32,000 nucleotides of DNA from Cupriavidus necator (GCF_016127575.1 NZ_CP066020.1:210001-242000); one strand, 5' to 3'; shown: positions 1-8,472, counted from the stretch's first letter. Made by a program: numbers and translations. Notes: a model not told the origin generated them from the letters alone.

Positions 1-1726
1 TCATACGCGGCCCAGCTCCGTCGATCGTGGCTGCGTATGCAGCGGGGAAGGCGGCCAGCATCGCCAGGTCAAGGTCAAGTGGCCAAGAGAAGAACACCGA
101 GGAAGAGCGCTCTAGGTAGCTCAACCACCCCTCGAGATTGGCTGCGTCAAATGTCTCCATTTCTGCAAGCCGCTTATCGCTGAGATGCGTCCCATCGGAG
201 AGTTCCAGAATTTTTTCGCGAGGAACGCCAAGTGCGAGCATTTGCTGCAAGGCATTCTTGAGTCGGCCATAGCCACCACCGTCGCGACCCAGATCTAGGT
301 CGAGCAGGGTCGCGTAAGGAATGCCCAGGCCATGGAGCAGCCGCCAGAAATGATTAACGTGGCGGCCTCCGAGAGGCACGATCGCAACGAACGACGGGTC
401 GACGAGCAGGTTGAGCGCCTCCGCCAGCCGCGGCAGCACGATACGCTCTGAATCGCCCTCAACCAACAGCACAAAACGCGCAAAGTACAGTTCGGGGAAT
501 GCAAGGAAGGCGTTGCGCACGAACTTGATGGCCTCGACGTCGCTGGTCGGCATCGGGATGGGCAGCACCGTTGACACGCCAGTCGCTTGGTTGCGCCGGC
601 AGTAGCGCACGTCGTCGGGCGGGACGCGCCCCAGCACCGAGGGGGAATGGCTGGACACGATGGCCTGGCCGGCGCCTGTCTCGACGAGCGTGCGGATCTG
701 CTGCAGGATACGCGAGAGGTAGTAGGGCGCCAGGTGGTTCTCGGGCTCCTCGACCGCGAACAAGGTGAGGGCTGGTACGTTGAGTTCCTCGGTCCTGAAT
801 CCCTGGATGCGGCCCGCCACTGCAGCCCGCTCCACGTCGAAGACCGCGGCTGCCAGCGCGAAGTAGAAGAGTGACTGCTGGCCGTCGCTCAGCGCGTCGA
901 GTCCACGGTCTTCTCCGGCCGGTCCGCGCTTGAACATCACGCCGATGCGTGCGACGACTTCCTCGAACCGCCGGCTCATCAGGCTCAGTTCGGGGTTGCA
1001 GTCGATGTCACCGTCGTGCAATTTCTCCCACCGCTTGGATAGCGACTCGCTGATGGCCTGAATGGCGTTCTCGCTTCCAAAGGCATTCAGCAACTGCTCT
1101 GTAGCCGCGTGGACGGTCGCCTGAGTGCCCGCCGACCATTCGATGGCCCTGAGCAGGCGAGCTGCCAACGCCCCCGTCGTGGCTCGGATCTGAGTGCCAG
1201 CGTCGCGGCTGGCCGGTGTGTAGAAGAGCTGGATCAGACCGCGATCTCCCGGGGCTACCGGGGAGGCTTGATCGTCACGTACGACGTCATCAGCTGTGTT
1301 AATCCAGTTCAGGTCCTGACTGACGGCGCCTTCCGCAGTGCCATCGTCGTCCCAGCGTGCGCGAAGCCGCAGGCGGCATAGAGGCGTGCCGCCGGGGCGC
1401 TCGATGCGGACATGGCGAAACACCGGTGCGACCGTGGCAGCGGTCGCGCTGCCGTCCACCAGTTCCGGCAGGCTCAGGCGTACATCGATTGTCAGCGTCC
1501 GCGATTTGAGGCGTTCGGTCTCGGTCGGTGTGACATGAAAATCGGAGGGGACGATCGTGCGCTGAGCGCGCGTCACCCCGAAAAGTCGCATCAGAGCCTG
1601 CAGCACCGCTGTCTTACCTGATGCATTCGGCCCCACGATCGCGGTGAGTCCCTGGCTGAAGGGGATGGCTGTCGGGTTAGGGCCGAAGCAGCGGAAACCG
1701 GCTATCGTGACGCTTTCAATATGCAT
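1..1726 (-). CDS. OLD-family ATP-dependent endonuclease (ABC-type ATPase plus Toprim); its C-terminus runs off the left edge
   Basis: My own minus-strand translation starts at the ATG at 1726-1724: MHIESVTIAGFRCFGPNPTAIPFSQGLTAIVGPNASGKTAVLQALMRLFG, with Walker A GPNASGKT. Around 900-760 it reads LSDGQQS (ABC signature) and LFAVEEPENHLAP (Walker B). Around 470-260 it reads VLLVEGDSERIVLP, PLGGR and LLDLDLGRDGG (Toprim-like acidic motifs). The frame stays open to position 2, which would explain its absence from the ORF track. Confidence 0.85.
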   Translation of the reverse strand, partial: MHIESVTIAGFRCFGPNPTAIPFSQGLTAIVGPNASGKTAVLQALMRLFGVTRAQRTIVPSDFHVTPTETERLKSRTLTIDVRLSLPELVDGSATAATVAPVFRHVRIERPGGTPLCRLRLRARWDDDGTAEGAVSQDLNWINTADDVVRDDQASPVAPGDRGLIQLFYTPASRDAGTQIRATTGALAARLLRAIEWSAGTQATVHAATEQLLNAFGSENAIQAISESLSKRWEKLHDGDIDCNPELSLMSRRFEEVVARIGVMFKRGPAGEDRGLDALSDGQQSLFYFALAAAVFDVERAAVAGRIQGFRTEELNVPALTLFAVEEPENHLAPYYLSRILQQIRTLVETGAGQAIVSSHSPSVLGRVPPDDVRYCRRNQATGVSTVLPIPMPTSDVEAIKFVRNAFLAFPELYFARFVLLVEGDSERIVLPRLAEALNLLVDPSFVAIVPLGGRHVNHFWRLLHGLGIPYATLLDLDLGRDGGGYGRLKNALQQMLALGVPREKILELSDGTHLSDKRLAEMETFDAANLEGWLSYLERSSSVFFSWPLDLDLAMLAAFPAAYAATIDGAGPRM

Positions 1727-2182
1727 GAAACGGTGCTCTTCCTGGCTGTTTGCAATTTATCAGATACGTATTGTGGCAAATTCACGCTGTATATTGGTGC
1801 ATTTTTTTGTTATGGCATCAAGTCGTGGCGGTGCTGAGAGGCTTGCGGGTAGCTAGCAAGCCCCCTCTTTCGTAGGGATTAAGGCTTGCCGGGCAGATGC
1901 CGATTCAGAACCAAATCCTCGGTGCAGTTATACGCGCCTGAGCCTCCATTCTTTTACTCGACAGTGCCTATAGGGACCCCCAGTGTATCTAGCTCAAGCG
2001 GTTGCGTGAAGGCGCCTTCTCAGTTGCTCGCTGAGCCCCACTCCGACGCCATTCCCGTCCCTACCGGTGACGAGGAGCATTCGACAGTCGTCGCCAGAGC
2101 CGCCCCGTTAGCAAGCATTTCTGGTGCTTTTCTAGCGAAATTACGCGGGCTTGTCACGATACCCTTGTTTGCCAGCAATTCA

Positions 2183-3391
2183 ATGACACTTAATCCCAAG
2201 CCGACGGAAAGCCAGACATCTCACTTCGAAAGGATCCTGCGAGGGATGAGCTTCATCAAGGATTTGCTAGAGATCATACTGAAGGTCTCGCCGCTCGCAT
2301 TAGTAGCGCCTGCGATGACTGTTTGGCTCTATCTTCGAAAGCTTGGTTGGTCGGAACTCTTCGGTGAGTCAGTTGGGTCACTGCCGGGCCTGCTGGCACT
2401 GCTCGTCGGGTCGATATTAATCTTGATTGTATTCCTCCTCCAGGTTGTCCTGCCCTCAATCTTTTTCGGGGCAGCGGCGGAGGTGCTGGACGATGAGAGA
2501 CCAAATCCTCGTCTTGCGTCGGCCCGGGCGCAACAGCTTCATTTCGTGCCCGTGCTGATGTGGCAACTTTGTTTCAGTGTCTCCGTAGCATATTTTCCGG
2601 ACGCGATCACGTCCCCGTTACAGCTCGCCACTGCCGTTTCGGCGGTAACCGCAGCGGCAATGGCCGCCAAATTCCGTGAGGACCTTCTACCCGCGTCGAC
2701 GAAGCAGCGTATTACCGTAATGCGACAGGGAGGGAACACGGCGTACTATTTGGGCTACTGTGCTCTGCTCATGGGCGTCGGTATTGCCTTTCCCATCGTA
2801 ATCTCTGTTGCTTCGGCTGCTTCGCTGCTATCGCTGTGGTGGTTGACAAAAGATCTGAATATCACCTCTCCTGCGGCCTTTGTGGTTCTATGCTGCGGGG
2901 CAGGAGCCATTAGCGTGGTTCCTGGCTTGGCCTACCTCGGCGCCAAGGTTGAGAGACATCCTCCCCGTAAGCTTTGGTTGCTGACTGCATTGGCTGGCGG
3001 CGGTGTTCTGTATGCAGCGATCGCAACAGCCATGTTCTTTGCGCCAATTTCCAGGCAATCCTTTGAACTTGCCGGCGTCAGCGATACGCAGCCACACGTT
3101 TATCTACTGCAGAATGAGTCGATCCTGCCATCTATAAGAGCAGTTGGGATTCCTACATCATCCACAAAAGAGTTCTTTCCCGATGGGAAGGAGGCCGTAT
3201 TTGTTGGCGCCTATCTTCAGTTCAACTTTGGTGGCGTAAAGTTGCTGTGTCGGTCGCCGTACGACGCTGTCGATCCTGCTGTCTCTATAACAGCTGACGC
3301 GCAACGGGATCTCGGCTCGCGCTCGAACCTGGGCGGCGGATGTTTGCCCGTGAGGCCTGACGATGTGCGCGTTGTCCGGCCACATCGATAG
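2183..3391 (+). CDS. Hypothetical multi-pass membrane protein with a soluble C-terminal domain of roughly 120 aa; start uncertain
   Basis: The ORF is open from 1886 (TTG), with the first ATGs at 2183 (MTLNPK) and 2246 (MSFIKDLL). It has several long hydrophobic stretches (LALVAPAMTVWLYL, LLALLVGSILILIVFLLQVVLPSIFFGAAA, YYLGYCALLMGVGIAFPIVISVASAASLLSLWWL, AAFVVLCCGAGAISVVPGLAYLG, LWLLTALAGGGVLYAAIATAMFFAPI). The region is visibly more A/T-rich than its neighbours. I recognise no family. Confidence 0.55.
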   Translation: MTLNPKPTESQTSHFERILRGMSFIKDLLEIILKVSPLALVAPAMTVWLYLRKLGWSELFGESVGSLPGLLALLVGSILILIVFLLQVVLPSIFFGAAAEVLDDERPNPRLASARAQQLHFVPVLMWQLCFSVSVAYFPDAITSPLQLATAVSAVTAAAMAAKFREDLLPASTKQRITVMRQGGNTAYYLGYCALLMGVGIAFPIVISVASAASLLSLWWLTKDLNITSPAAFVVLCCGAGAISVVPGLAYLGAKVERHPPRKLWLLTALAGGGVLYAAIATAMFFAPISRQSFELAGVSDTQPHVYLLQNESILPSIRAVGIPTSSTKEFFPDGKEAVFVGAYLQFNFGGVKLLCRSPYDAVDPAVSITADAQRDLGSRSNLGGGCLPVRPDDVRVVRPHR

Positions 3392-3591
3392 TCTGCTCTT
3401 CGTCTACGGTGAGATCGCTATGTCCGTGAGATGCTCGTGGGCTTAGCTATATCCTGACCTGTGAGGAAGAGCACTGCGTCCGGGTGTCGTGCTATAGCAT
3501 GAGCCCAGACCACGGATTGAAGGCATGGAACACATCGTAAACTGAAGACTAAGGGGAACTCAGCCAAGCACATCGGGAGCAGAGTCGTCGG

Positions 3592-3885
3592 TTTGCATAA
3601 TTTTGTTCCCGCCCGTCGCCCGCCAGCTCGCCGTTTCCGAGGTGCCAGGAACAATTTTATGCAAAGAAATTTTGCAGAACATTGTTCCTCCGGCCGACGT
3701 TTTGCGTAATTTTGTTCGTTTCCCGGGAGATCGGTCAGTCGCTGCCCAGCCCGCTGCAGCCAGGGCACGCAGGCGGAGGCTGCAAGACGGCCGCCGCGCG
3801 CCAAGCCACCTTCCGCGGCGCTCCCGTCTGGCCCAGAGGGCCAGGAACAAAATTCTGCAACATTCGGGAACAAGATTCTGCAAAC
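3592..3885. repeat. Array of six ~19-bp sites, consensus GGAACAA-W-W-TT-M-TGCAAA, in mixed orientation
   Basis: The copies, read directly from the sequence, are:
- 3592-3610 (minus): GGGAACAAAATTATGCAAA
- 3648-3666 (plus): GGAACAATTTTATGCAAAG
- 3670-3688 (minus): GGAACAATGTTCTGCAAAA
- 3700-3718 (minus): CGAACAAAATTACGCAAAA
- 3844-3861 (plus): GGAACAAAATTCTGCAAC
- 3867-3885 (plus): GGAACAAGATTCTGCAAAC
Copies 2 and 3 together form a 41-bp imperfect palindrome. Confidence 0.8.
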
Positions 3886-3911
3886 GGACGGCCGCGGCCT
3901 TCAGCTTTCCC

Positions 3912-4487
3912 TCAGGCCGCAATGACGTATTGCCAAAGCGCCATTGCGCCAACGTTCACGGCGACAGTGCCCCAGAACGAAACTTGGAACTCCCGTTTCC
4001 GGTTCTTGTGTCGAAGCAGGTGCTGGGCCGCAAGCGCGCCCGGCCAACCGCCGCAGAGCGCCAGTAGGTGCAGGGTGGTCTCAGGCGTGCGCCACGTGTT
4101 TCGGCTGGCCCGCGTCTTGTCGTCTGCGTAAGCGGAGAACGTAATGATGCTGGCCAGGAGGCTGACAATGCCGGCCTGTCGAGGGAAATAACCAACCAGG
4201 GCGCCGCCGACGATGAACCCCAAGGCCGCCAGACCTGCGAGCACCGGCAAAGGGCTCGCGTCTGACCGCGACTTCGGTGCACCGACGATTGCAACGTTCA
4301 GGGCTTGAATCCGGCCGTCCTTCCCTTTGCCAAGCTCGAAGCTCACGCGGTCACCAGGTGTCGGCGTCACGGCGCGTGTTTGTAGCGCTGTGACGTGAAA
4401 GAAGACATCCTTCATGTCCGCGTAGACGTCGATAAAGCCAAAGCCCTTGTCTGCATGCCACGTCTTGACCTGACCTGCTTTTTTCAT
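3912..4487 (-). CDS. Cold-shock domain plus DUF1294 membrane-domain protein
   Basis: The N-terminus MKKAGQVKTWHADKGFGFIDV...DVFFHVTAL is a classic CSD (KGFGFI, VFFH). The C-terminal half has hydrophobic helices and the LLALCGGWPGALAAQHLLRHKNRK stretch typical of DUF1294 as I recall it. Confidence 0.85.
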   Translation of the reverse strand: MKKAGQVKTWHADKGFGFIDVYADMKDVFFHVTALQTRAVTPTPGDRVSFELGKGKDGRIQALNVAIVGAPKSRSDASPLPVLAGLAALGFIVGGALVGYFPRQAGIVSLLASIITFSAYADDKTRASRNTWRTPETTLHLLALCGGWPGALAAQHLLRHKNRKREFQVSFWGTVAVNVGAMALWQYVIAA

Positions 4488-4716
4488 GGTTTTCGTCTGG
4501 TGTTGCGCGAAGGATCCAGTTTAAGGGATGCCGTCAAGCGAAACTATGGCCGAATCCGTGAGGTCACCAAGGTATATGCCGGCTGTCTCTCGGCTCTGCC
4601 ACCCGTAGTCGGTGGGGTGTTGGCTTGCTGCAACCCGTCTTGCATATCAGATCGGGTAGATTTGCCGACGGCGGGATTCCGCGCCAATGAGATGAAGAAC
4701 AACAACAGGTAGAGAA

Positions 4717-5661
4717 ATGGGTCGCCGAAGGAAGGAGCCGTCGCTTAGCGAAATATTGATGGATGCGCCATGGTGGGTATCCGCAGCACTGGCCCTGGGT
4801 GCTTTCATTGTGTTTCGCGGGGTCGTGCCAGGGATATTCGCGTCGAGCCCATTGTTGACGGGCATTGCCGTGCTAAGCCAGTCATTAGCCTGGGTTCCCG
4901 CCGCCATGTTCGGCTTCCTGGGTGTGCTGTCATACATCCGTGCGCGGGGTAGGGCGGGGGCCAGGCAGCAAGAAATCCCGATGAGGGCTCGGCGCTCCCG
5001 CACGAGCCGGCCGTCGTCGGCCCCCGTGTCACCCCGGTATTCCGATGAATCCGCCGAGTCGAAGGAGGCCGTTAGCCCGCTGGCGAGGACAGCATCCGTA
5101 CCTGAGAAGCCAGAGATCAATAGCTGGACGCTGGATGCCCTCAAGTTGTTAGAGTGGAAGCGATTTGAGCTGCTTTGTGTTGGGTACTACGAGGCGATGG
5201 GGTTCGTGGTCAAGACTGTGCCCCATGGTCCCGATGGCGGCATCGATGCAACCTTGTACAAGGCAGGCCTGGATGTTCCCGTGGCCGTGGTCCAATGCAA
5301 AGCATGGAGTAAGCCGGTGAAGGTGGAGCAGGTCCGCGCACTTGCCGGTGTCATGCACGAACACAAGGTGCGTAGGGGCGTTTTCTGGTCGTTGTCTGGC
5401 TATGTAGGGCGACCGGTAAAGGAGTCGGCAGAGCGAGCGGGCATTCAATTACTTGATGGTGCGGGCATCCTGGAACGGATCTGCGCGCTCGATCAGTACA
5501 AGCAAGCGACGTTGCTGAAGCAGGCGTTTCGCGGCGACTACCGGACGCCTACATGCGCGGCCTGCGGAATCAAGATGGTTGAGCGGCAAGGGTCAGCCGG
5601 CGCATTCTGGGGTTGCCAAAACTATCCCGGTTGCAAGGTCAGACTGTCCCGCAACGTCTAG
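4717..5661 (+). CDS. Membrane-anchored Mrr-type (PD-(D/E)XK) restriction-endonuclease-domain protein with a C-terminal topoisomerase-type C4 zinc finger
   Basis: Two N-terminal hydrophobic helices (WWVSAALALGAFIVFRGVV, LAWVPAAMFGFLGVLSYI) are followed by a Ser/Arg/Pro-rich linker. Then comes LEWKRFELLCVGYYEAMGF...GPDGGIDATLY...VAVVQCKAW...VRALAGVM, an Mrr_cat-like core. The C-terminus is CAACGIKMVERQGSAGAFWGCQNYPGCK, a zf-C4 topoisomerase pattern. Confidence 0.85.
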   Translation: MGRRRKEPSLSEILMDAPWWVSAALALGAFIVFRGVVPGIFASSPLLTGIAVLSQSLAWVPAAMFGFLGVLSYIRARGRAGARQQEIPMRARRSRTSRPSSAPVSPRYSDESAESKEAVSPLARTASVPEKPEINSWTLDALKLLEWKRFELLCVGYYEAMGFVVKTVPHGPDGGIDATLYKAGLDVPVAVVQCKAWSKPVKVEQVRALAGVMHEHKVRRGVFWSLSGYVGRPVKESAERAGIQLLDGAGILERICALDQYKQATLLKQAFRGDYRTPTCAACGIKMVERQGSAGAFWGCQNYPGCKVRLSRNV

Positions 5662-6093
5662 TCTAGGAACCGGCTCGATCAATCATCGCCGCCGCGCTCT
5701 CAGTCAACAAGGTCACTCCCGGGGAAGGCTGGCTTTCCGGCAGGCTCGAGCGCCTATTTTCTGCCTTGCTACTGACACGGGTGCTTTTAGGTTGCGAAAT
5801 ATGTCTCATGAACGGTCTGCGGCATCGCCAGAGCCAGGTCTTCATCACTGGAGAGGCGCAGCCCGGCACGCCGGCAAGGACTTCCGTCTCAATCCGGTCG
5901 GCTCTTCCCGCCCCTCAAGCGACCGTCGTCGCTCTACAAAGCAGCCGGTCAGGCGGCGGCCGTTGCACGGCGGCGTTTTATGAGGCGATGACCGATTCGA
6001 GTCGCAAGTCGCTCGCCGTGATCGGCGCGTCGGCAGGCTGGAGTCTCAGATGCCCCGACCTCGGCGCGCGGCTTAAGCCAGCTGCGGGCGCAT

Positions 6094-6759
6094 TCACTCC
6101 ATAGCATGAAGCCAGGAAACTGTAGCGCCAACATGCGTCGCCGGAACCCATCTGCCTATCGCACGCTTGACAGAACCGGAGAATCCGACCGTATCTGCGA
6201 CCGAAGGCACTATCTGCTGGATCCCATCTGATATTGGAATAGCACGTTCGAGTAATTTTGAGCTTTCTTTATCGCCCTCGACCACCACTAGCTTGTCCTC
6301 ACGTTGCACGCGACGAAAGTGGGCATTGTTCAGGTGCGATGAGATGGCTGGTGGCCACGGAAGCTCCGGGCTCATTGCATGAACGGCATGGACTACGAAG
6401 TAGCCGATTACACAGCAAGTACCGGTTGTGATGCCATCCCCCTGGAAGCCCGCATAGAAAACAAGATAGTCGCCACGATTCAGGGTTAATAGCTGGGAGC
6501 GCTTTGGATGACTAGGCTCCCCATAGCTGTAGGTGACGAACTCCGGGTCGTAGTGAGCCGGCGCATCCAGGCCAATGACTTGCGCGAGGGTGCTGCCCCG
6601 TCGCGACGGAATGTCGCCGTATCTAAGGGCATTGTGTACTGGCGCTCCTTCAGGAATAGGCACGTATTCAAAGCTGCGATCGGCTTCAATAGGAGATAGC
6701 CGACCGCCGCATCCACGGTCGATTCCTACGCGCAGGAAGAGAATTTTGGTTTCTGACAT
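6094..6759 (-). CDS. Hypothetical protein, downstream gene of a two-gene cassette; possible Nmad3-like family (unverified recollection)
   Basis: The ATG at 6759 gives MSETKILFLRVGIDRGCGGRLSPIEADRSFEYVPIPEG. The G-x-D-x-x-x-GG...SPI...PIP pattern recalls a widespread uncharacterised family. The ORF is long and clean with non-shadow amino-acid composition, in a visibly A/T-richer segment. It overlaps the upstream gene's end by 34 nt. Confidence 0.6.
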   Translation of the reverse strand: MSETKILFLRVGIDRGCGGRLSPIEADRSFEYVPIPEGAPVHNALRYGDIPSRRGSTLAQVIGLDAPAHYDPEFVTYSYGEPSHPKRSQLLTLNRGDYLVFYAGFQGDGITTGTCCVIGYFVVHAVHAMSPELPWPPAISSHLNNAHFRRVQREDKLVVVEGDKESSKLLERAIPISDGIQQIVPSVADTVGFSGSVKRAIGRWVPATHVGATVSWLHAME

Positions 6760-7250
6760 TTTGCTGAGAAAACCTGTGTAGCGCAATGAGACTGTTTCGT
6801 ATCGATTTTTCCTTTACCCAGCGCTGGCGAGGGGGGCGCGTCATGCGCAAGATGCAGGATAGCCTTCAGTTCCGCATACATATCTTCGAACACACTGTCA
6901 GATATGATGACGCGTCGATTTGTTTTCAGCATATGCCCATAAAGCAGCGGGTAGTCCGACTGAAGCAATGGCCCGTGCTCGTTGAGCAGAATGAAACGCT
7001 CAAAGGCCCATATCGCGTGCCCTTTGGGACTGACGCCGCACGCTTTCCTGCTTATCCCAACCCAATTCACTTTCTTCGCTATTCCTTCGTCGCCAGGCCA
7101 CGGGCTTACTCCTCCAATACCGATTACGTGGTTGAAGCTCCAGTCCCGTACCGATCCCATGCAGTCATTGCATCCAAAGAGGCCGCTTTCGTTGGGGTCA
7201 CCCGTATGGGTTCTTTTGTAGATGAGAATTCTTGGTCTGCTCTCCGGCAT
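6726..7250 (-). CDS. Hypothetical protein, upstream gene of the two-gene cassette
   Basis: The ATG at 7250 gives MPESRPRILIYKRTHTGDPNESGLFGCNDCMGSVRDWSFNHVIGIGGVSPWPGDEGIAKKVNWVGI. Composition is balanced and the region is A/T-richer. I recognise no family. Confidence 0.6.
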   Translation of the reverse strand: MPESRPRILIYKRTHTGDPNESGLFGCNDCMGSVRDWSFNHVIGIGGVSPWPGDEGIAKKVNWVGISRKACGVSPKGHAIWAFERFILLNEHGPLLQSDYPLLYGHMLKTNRRVIISDSVFEDMYAELKAILHLAHDAPPSPALGKGKIDTKQSHCATQVFSAKCQKPKFSSCA

Positions 7251-7584
7251 TGCTCTGTCTCGATGGGAGGGGCGCAGCGGTCATCGCGGAAATCGCTGCA
7301 ATCGTGGAAAACGGGCAATGGACAGATTGTCGCTAATCTGGACGTGCCAGTCCAACGACCGGTTGAATCCGCGGCCGGCTACCGCCGTTGCGCTACCTCC
7401 AGACTCGCAAACAAGAGGAGCAGCTGCCCGCGTGGTCAGGATGCTCGTGACGCCGGTGTTACCAGGGCGCGGCAATAAGGTTCGATAACGTTGCCTTATC
7501 GGCGAGTAGGCGCCACGAGGAATACAGAACCGGGGGAAGGAACAGCTGTCGTAGATGCTGCTTACTGCACTTTACACCAAGAAT

Positions 7585-7601
7585 TTGATAACTATTATCA
7601 A
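7585..7601. promoter_or_regulatory. Palindrome TTGATAA-cta-TTATCAA upstream of parD; likely operator
   Basis: Perfect 7-bp inverted arms with a 3-nt spacer sit about 65 bp upstream of the parD ATG. Type II antitoxins typically autoregulate through such sites. Confidence 0.4.
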
Positions 7602-7664
7602 GGGCGGTACACTTCATGACACCGGCGTACGCCCTGCGCCGGCCCCGTCTGAAGAGGAGCAAAT

Positions 7665-7934
7665 ATGATCAGTGCCGACCTTGGACAGCAACTTGAGCGC
7701 TACGTGACTGAACTTGTCGCCTCGGGCCGCTATGGCTCTAAGAGCGAAGTACTGCGCGAAGGCGTACGTCTGATTCAGGACCGTGAAGCGCAACTGATGG
7801 CGCTGGACGCGGCGCTCGCGCAAAGCCTGGCCGAGGCGGACGCGGGCCGCGGCACCGACGCAGCCACCGTGTTCGACCGCCTCGAGGCCAAGTATCGCGC
7901 CGCGGCAGGCAGAACACCCGGGCACGGCGCATGA
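7665..7934 (+). CDS. parD: ParD-family type II antitoxin
   Basis: MISADLGQQLERYVTELVASGRYGSKSEVLREGVRLIQDRE is the canonical ParD (RHH) N-terminus. A GAGGAG ribosome-binding site (RBS) precedes the ATG, and the stop overlaps the parE start (ATGA). Confidence 0.9.
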   Translation: MISADLGQQLERYVTELVASGRYGSKSEVLREGVRLIQDREAQLMALDAALAQSLAEADAGRGTDAATVFDRLEAKYRAAAGRTPGHGA

Positions 7935-8236
7935 TCGTCGTTCGCCTGACGCCGCTGGCCGAGGCCGAACTCGAAGCCATCGCCGACTACATTGCCCGCG
8001 ACAACCCGCGCCGCGCGCTTTCCTTCGTGCGGGAGTTGCGCGACCGGTGCCTGTCGCTCGCAGACATGCCGCTTGCCTTCCCGCTGGTACCTCGCTGTGA
8101 GGACCGAGGCGTCCGGCACCGTGTACACGGCAACTACCAGATCTTCTACCGCGTGGTGGGCGATCCGCCTGCGCGAATCGACGTGCTGCACGTGCTTCAC
8201 AGCGCCCGCAACTATGCCGCGCTGCTGTTCAACTGA
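7931..8236 (+). CDS. parE: ParE/RelE-family type II toxin
   Basis: LTPLAEAELEAIADYIARDNPRRALSFVRELRDRC..L...P...YQIFYRV......IDVLHVLHSARN is the typical ParE pattern. The gene is translationally coupled to parD. Confidence 0.9.
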   Translation: MIVVRLTPLAEAELEAIADYIARDNPRRALSFVRELRDRCLSLADMPLAFPLVPRCEDRGVRHRVHGNYQIFYRVVGDPPARIDVLHVLHSARNYAALLFN

Positions 8237-8472
8237 GGCCTCCCGGCCAGAGTACGGCGGTAGACATTCGGGGCCGCGTCGCTTCGGCAGCCCGACGACT
8301 TAGGTATCAAAGTGGAGGGCGGTGCGCCATGATCGATTCTGCCTCGATCACGAAGCGCCCCGCGTGAACGCAGCCAAATTTGAACATGACGCCCGTACTG
8401 AGTAATTTTGCCAGTAGCAGGGGGGTTATGTGGAATGGGGAGGGTGAGACGTCGGTCGGCGCCACCGGCACC

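Noticed and set aside
3592-3885. Reading the GGAACAA..TGCAAA sites as sigma-54 promoters (GG-N10-GC), or the array as a CRISPR
   Set aside because: The spacing between the GG and the GC is 12-13 nt rather than the sigma-54 spacing. The TGGCAC-like element in some copies lies on the wrong side of TTGCA. The copies are irregularly spaced, occur in both orientations and are only ~19 bp long, so this is not a CRISPR array.
3418-4131. Several 130-154-aa ORFs on both strands across the repeat array
   Set aside because: They overlap the repeated-site cluster and each other. They have Arg/Ala/Pro-rich shadow composition, and partly overlap the well-supported CSD-DUF1294 gene.
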